Shown: positions 20,599-26,073 of the stretch, in pieces
Layout: every line of letters begins with the position of its first letter
How positions within the stretch are numbered: position 1 is the first letter of the stretch
Assembly (NCBI GenBank): GCA_003614675.1
Contig: ML002215.1
Coordinates: 62,001-88,073 of the forward strand
Source of the DNA: Dimargaris cristalligena
Lineage: Eukaryota
Direction of reading: 5' to 3'
Length of the DNA stretch: 26,073 nucleotides
The notes under the pieces: generated by a model
Seen by the model: only the letters and a program-made list of their open reading frames with translations
What the model was told of the DNA's origin: nothing
The model's database searches: none
Translations under genes and position numbers: made by a program

Positions 20599-22289
20599 AT
20601 GTCGGATAACATTGCCCACGCTGTTGCCGGTAGGTATACGCTTTCTCCCCGACCATTTGATACAGTCGATGATACTCGCATATTTATTTCCCCAAAATCC
20701 AACTGGGTATAATAGGCCTACCGCAACGGCCTCGAGCTAACCTAATATCAATAATACCAATAGCAATACCATTACCATTATTATAATCGTTAAATGCCCC
20801 GCCTCAAATAACCACGTATTTAATTTCTTATAACCTATTTATTGACTAAACACCGGGGTATTCCAATGCCAGGTGCCGGGGGCGGCATTGTTTCGATGCT
20901 GCTGACCTACCCGCTCATCACGGTCAGCTCCCGCCTCCAGGTGGAGCGCAAGAAGGCAGTCGAGGGTGAGAAGGGCCTCAAGGTTGACGCCATTAAGAAG
21001 ATTGTGGAAAAGGAGGGCGTTCGCGGACTTTTTGCGTAAGTATCTTCCCCCCTCCCCTTACCTATCTACCCTATCAGTGATACTGTGGCGACACGTTGGT
21101 CGTCTATTCCCTATCTATCTAATTAATTGCCAATGTTGCAATATAAGTGGGAAAAGAACTGATATTACAAGTTGAATTGGTGATGAGCGTGCTATTTCCG
21201 AATGTCAGCCGTACGAATAAGGCCGGGCTACGTTACATGCAATAGGCCTACTTTATTATTAACCGATGTTTAGATATATATATATATATATCGCAATCGT
21301 TGACGTTGCTTATACCCGGAAATTGCCTATTATAGCGGGGTTGAGTCGGCGGTGTTTGGCAATGCCATCACCAATGGCGTCTACTACTTCTTTTTCGAAT
21401 CCATCAAGGGTTCGTTCCAGAAGGCCTCCAACCGCAAGAGCATGACCACTGGCCAAAGTATGCTGGCCGGTGCCATCGCCGGCGCTGCGGTGGTCCTAAC
21501 CACCAACCCCATTTGGGTTATCAATGTAAGTGGTTGTTTTTTTGGTATCATTATAAGCCTTTTGGATGGTAAAACCGTCTTGGGATTACGATAATTTCAC
21601 GCACGTCGTTGGTATCGTCGGCCGTCTTTCGTTATAGTAATGTCCTGGTAATTCACACTTATTGTTAACGTTGTTCTACTGCTATCTTTTACATCATCGG
21701 TTCACCGTTTGGTCGCCCACATACCCAGATGCGCCAAACCACCCGTAAGAACTCAGTTGACGAGGAGGCTGTCGGGCCAGACGGAGTCAAAGTAACTGCG
21801 AGCCCTAGGAGCCCCCCGTCGTTCATCCAAATGCTCACCCAGATCGTCAAACAGGACGGGATAGGAGCCCTCTGGCAGGGCACTCTCCCGGCTCTAATTC
21901 TGGTCATTAACCCTATCATCCAATACACCGTATTCGAGCGTCTGAAGGCCCGTCTCCAGCGCCTCGGCGGGGGCCGCGCCCTCGGCAACCTAGACTTCTT
22001 CCTCCTGGGGGCCATTAGTAAACTGGTCGCCACCGCCATCACCTACCCCTACATTGTCATTAAATCCCGCATGCAACTACGCCAGTCCCAGAGTGATGAA
22101 TCCCAGCGTTACCACAGTGTCCTGGATGGCCTGCGTAAGATTATCAAGTACGAAGGAGTCGAGGGTCTGTACAAGGGGATTGAATTCAAGTTGGTTCAGA
22201 GCGTACTCACTTCGGCCTTTTTGTTCATGGCCAAGGAGCAGTTCTACCAATATGCCGTTATCCTCCTCGCCTTGGTCCGGAAGAGATAG
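20599..22289 (+). CDS. PMP47: Peroxisomal mitochondrial-carrier-family transporter (PMP47/PMP34/SLC25A17-like), about 314 aa. Exons 20599-20629, 20873-21035, 21336-21525, 21729-22289
   Basis: MSDNIAHAVAGAGGGIVSMLLTYPLITVSSRLQ, GVYYFFFE, TNPIWVIN, PALILVINPIIQYTVFE-LK, FLLGAISKLVATAITYPYIVIKSR and GLYKGI..KLVQSVLTSAFLF..KE match the recalled peroxisomal carrier subfamily. Three GT-AG introns in consistent phase (total 945 nt). Confidence 0.9.
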
Positions 22290-22767
22290 TAATATACCCT
22301 CTGGTCCTCGTTTTTATTCCGGCCGGTCTTTTTTTATTTATTTGTTTCTTTCAGGGTTGGCCGATTACTACTCAAAGTGAAATGGTCGGTATCCCTTTAG
22401 TTTCTCATCCCCTTGGCCGTGATCACGGAGTATATACCGCCTATATATGTAGATAAACTCGCTTTAGTATATTTCCAAAATACCCAAACCTATAGAATCA
22501 GGGGTAAATCTAATACCCGAGGCCCATATTGCGCCTTGATTAGCCTGATCTATGTATGTGTACGTGCGTGTGACAGTGCTGCAATAATGCCAGTCTGATA
22601 GCATAGGGCTAAAATTGGGTTTAATGTAATAATAACCTGTAGTGCGGTAAGTTTAGAATGGTGATGGCAAGAGAAAAAAAAAGATGAGAGAGACTCTATG
22701 TACAGCTACGCGCAGTAAACAATCAAGTTAAAAATACTGGCTCCGTTGGTGGTGGGTTTGTGGAAGG

Positions 22768-22789
22768 GTGTGTGTGTGTGTGTATGTGT
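22768..22789. repeat. (GT)n microsatellite
   Basis: gtgtgtgtgtgtgtgtatgtgt is directly visible in the region between the convergent carrier and hAT-derived genes. Confidence 0.85.
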
Positions 22790-23683
22790 GGAATAGGTTT
22801 TGTTTGACCGGGCTACTCGTATGAATTTCAAGCGAAACCAGGACAAGTGAGAGGTCAACAACAGTAGGTAGGTCCAGGAAAAGAGGAGAAAACGAGGGAG
22901 GGGGGCGAAGTGTGTGCATGTTAGCGCGCGGTTGGCGGGAAACATTAGGGTCATTATTAGGTTAAACCAGTGTGGAGAAAATACAAGAGAGGGTTGGTAA
23001 AAGTGGGCGAATTTTGGGGGTAAAAGGGTTAAAAAAATAGCGAACTTGGCGGGTGAGGGGAGATGAATAGGATAATATATAGAAAATACCCTAGGGGAAG
23101 AAGCGGAAAAATAAAACAGGCCGATATGATGGATCATCGTAGTCAAACCCCTCCCCCAAAGCTCTTATAGTGGGACAAACGTCAGCCGAAAAGGAGGGGG
23201 GAGAATAAAGTGGCGATGGTGCAAAATCAGCTAACTATAAGCGGTGAAGGCCCGGGATTCAGGTATCAAAATTAAGGTCGAGTAATAAAAATTTTCAATG
23301 AACACTCCCAAATAATGTAAGCCCCTTCTCGGGCAAAGTGCATTCGGTATGAAGGAATGAGGAGGGGGTGAGTGATAAGGCGAAAAACAGGGCGGCATTT
23401 GTAGATCAAGTGGGGAGAGGGGGTTTCGCCCCGTAGAATTATCTATCACTTAGTAACAGATAAGCCCCCTATAGAGGGCGGAGATTAGGCGAATTTTAGG
23501 AAAAGGGGGAAGGGATGTGAAAGAACAACCATCCCCCCCACAGTGTCTATAGATGAAAAAACCGTCTGACCGTTGATGGGCCATGGGGATATATATATAT
23601 ATATATAAGATCCGCACCTCAAACCTCCCCCACCCTTACCCTTTTACCCATCTCCTTCCTCCTTTCACCTGGGATCCTACTCA

Positions 23684-24604
23684 TTATTCCATACTACCCA
23701 TGACCACAGCATCTGTAAGATCCAACTGCATGCCTGAGTTTGCGGAACCCACGAGGGATCCTACCCCGGATGACGAAGCAGTGGGGGATCCGACCGCAGC
23801 GGCATTAGCGGCCGTTGCTGAATCATTGCTATGGGCGAGTAGGATTCGTGTGACATCGAAATGCCCGAATTTCGCGCCGAGGTTAATGGCGGTTTGCAAC
23901 AGATCCAAAAAATCCTCGTCAGCGAACGTATCGACGGACCGCATATCCTGGCAAATAAACGTGGTGCAACTCTGCAGCAGGACTTGGCGGATTTCCTGGT
24001 TAACGGGGACGTAGGTGGGCTGGTCCTTGTTGAGGGCCTGGGCCAACAATTCACTAGCCAGCGCGGCGGACACTTCGGGGTCGTGCAGTTTCCCACCACG
24101 GAGATTAAACCCGCCGGGGAGTTTCGTTTTGCCGTTGAGGAGGAGATGGTCGACCATGGACGGCGACACTCCGCCCAAATCCGAGGCATCTAGGTCGCTC
24201 TTGTAACGTTTACAGCGGTGGTGGATCATACCCTTGGTGCCCGTGTCTTTGCCCTTGTAAGTATACACGTCTTTGCACACTTTGCAGCACGTATAGGGCA
24301 TGATATGGCCCTCTTCGTCTGCCACATAATTGAACCGCTCCCAGCACGTGGAATGGTGGTTGCCCGGCGGTGGAATCAGCGTATAGATGCCGTCAATGAC
24401 CTTCTGGCGAACGGCCCGCTTCTGCATGGTGGCCGGGGAAAGCATGTTGCCGTTGGCCCCGGTTCCGTCGTCACCGCCCCCGGCGGCCCGGAGCTTTTCT
24501 ACGGTGGCATTGGTGAGGGGGGTGACGGATTCGGCGCCATGCGACAGGGGCGAGGTGTCGTCGGAGGCAAGGAGGTCTTCGCGTTTGCGTTTAGGGGTGA
24601 ACAT
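23684..24604 (-). CDS. BED-type zinc finger plus Hermes-type DNA-binding/dimerisation domain protein (hAT transposase-derived, no catalytic domain), 306 aa
   Basis: VRQKVIDGIYTL...STCWERF...CKVCKDVYTY....GTKGMIHHRC and VNQEIRQVLLQSCTTFICQDMRSVDTFADEDFLDLLQTAINLGAKFG align by eye to the first ~150 aa of Hermes-like hAT transposases. Uninterrupted GC-rich ORF with a basic N-terminal PKRKR. Confidence 0.82.
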   Translation of the reverse strand: MFTPKRKREDLLASDDTSPLSHGAESVTPLTNATVEKLRAAGGGDDGTGANGNMLSPATMQKRAVRQKVIDGIYTLIPPPGNHHSTCWERFNYVADEEGHIMPYTCCKVCKDVYTYKGKDTGTKGMIHHRCKRYKSDLDASDLGGVSPSMVDHLLLNGKTKLPGGFNLRGGKLHDPEVSAALASELLAQALNKDQPTYVPVNQEIRQVLLQSCTTFICQDMRSVDTFADEDFLDLLQTAINLGAKFGHFDVTRILLAHSNDSATAANAAAVGSPTASSSGVGSLVGSANSGMQLDLTDAVVMGSME

Positions 24605-26073
24605 GCCGCTGCTCGGGTGAAGAATGCGAGTGTGTAGAGAGAGGAGAGGGTGTGTGTGTGTGGGTAGGTGGGTGTATGCGTATATGTGTATATGCGCGGG
24701 TATTGTATATGTGGAAGAGGGTGCGGGGTTCGTCGGTTTGACTGTCCGTTTGTTCGTTTGTCTGCCTGTCCGTCCGTCCGCGGAAGGGAATGTTTACTTT
24801 AAGCGGGGGAAAAGGTACTGCGTCCAAGGCAGGGCTAATTGCACTCTCTCTACCCAGCTAGTCGCCTGATTGGAGAAGGAGAGGGGAGGGAGGGGTCAGT
24901 AAAATCGAGGCGCGTCGTTGACCCAGTTAGCTAAGGGGAGGGAGGGAGAAAATGACGAGAGGCTTGGGACGAAGATCGGGAGAGCGAAAAAGATAATAGG
25001 TGGGAGGGGGGGGAAGAGAGAGCGTGGGTGGGAGGTCTTTGGGAAAGAAACTTGGCGGTACGACTAAAGTGGTGGTGGTAGAATAATAAATAATAATATA
25101 TAACTATATACTATTCCCAGTACAAGAGAGGAGAGGGGAAACAGCTGGCTACATACAACACGCGGATGGAATGGGAAAGAAAGGCCAGCGGGTATGGGGC
25201 GGCGGGACATTCCCTCCTTATACCCCTTTTCCCCTTTTCCCTTTTTCCCCCATCCCCTCCTATAATGCACCTGACTTGCTTCAACCCATTGGTCTATTTT
25301 ACTACTGTTTCCTCCTCCCGCATTAATCACACCCACATCATCCATCCACCCAACCCGCCCACACAGATCCACATATATATACAATACAATACCAATTACT
25401 TACATATACCCTTTCCCCATTCTCAGCATATAAAAAAATCGCCCTTGCCTTGCTGTGTCCAGTTGTCAATGGCGTCTCTTATTCGGAAGTCCCCCAGCCG
25501 TCACACAAGCTCTTGTACCACCCGTCAGGGGCCGCTTCCCGCTCTTTAACTATACAGCCGGTCTACTAAGCCCTCTTCTTTATACAGTGGCCTACTTGCC
25601 ATGCCCTAAATGGATGTTGATTCAAGAGATCAGTTAATAAAACCATAAAATTCTAGATATACACCATTCTAATTACACTTCCTCCACTACTGACATCCGG
25701 AAAATAATCAGGTCAAGTCTTAACTAACCCTGCGGTAATCATTTCCATACATTCAGTACTAATGACATCAAATTTAAAGCATATTATATCCTACAGCCCC
25801 TCCAATGCATCATACCAATTTTTAAAAGAGTAAGCAAAAGTTGTAGCACCAACTATTCCCAAGTGGTCACCCACCTCAGTACTAAATTGGCTGACAGACC
25901 CTTAACTGCGCAGATCCAACGGGATACGGTGTAAACATCTGCATATGACCACAACTGAAATGTTGTGGTAGGACCTGAGACTACTTAGTCAATCATAGTA
26001 TTCCCTTTTTTAATCACATTCTATTTTTATATCCTTTTATCAGCGAAGTCATGATTTATTATTTTATAGCCTT

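Noticed and set aside
22290-25400. Terminal inverted repeats or target-site duplication around the hAT-derived gene
   Set aside because: None were recognisable by eye, so the region is not annotated as a mobile element.
25469-25549. Short ORF MASLIRKSPSRHTSSCTTRQGPLPAL after a TATAAAA and a pyrimidine-rich tract
   Set aside because: Only 26 codons, with no convincing splice donor to extend it and no homology evidence.
1-26073. tRNA, rRNA, spliceosomal snRNA, CRISPR arrays or prokaryotic operon features
   Set aside because: No cloverleaf or B-box, rRNA or snRNA signature, or repeat-spacer array was seen. The window is eukaryotic and intron-containing.

Overview
Eukaryotic, intron-rich genomic DNA, most likely from an early-diverging (non-Dikarya) fungus. 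This placement is inferred from a fungal-type VAC8, a zincless-finger Fpg and a retained Rab32/38-type GTPase. Seven protein-coding genes can be reconstructed by hand with GT-AG introns and consistent phases: VAC8 (5'-partial, +), Fpg/MutM glycosylase (+), a six-exon MSP-domain membrane protein (-) that the ORF track fragments, a Rab32/38-family GTPase (+), a histidine phosphatase (+), a PMP47/SLC25A17-like peroxisomal carrier (+), and an intronless gene (-) resembling only the N-terminal DNA-binding part of a Hermes-like hAT transposase. The two most notable observations are (1) this apparently domesticated, catalytically truncated hAT-derived protein and (2) a densely self-complementary non-coding segment at about 10270-11080. 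That segment has about ten colinearly nested helices with G-U pairs favouring the + strand, lies downstream of a CRE palindrome and a TATA-like box, and contains CTAACCCTA; it is a candidate large structured RNA. All structure and homology calls were made by eye and need computational confirmation.
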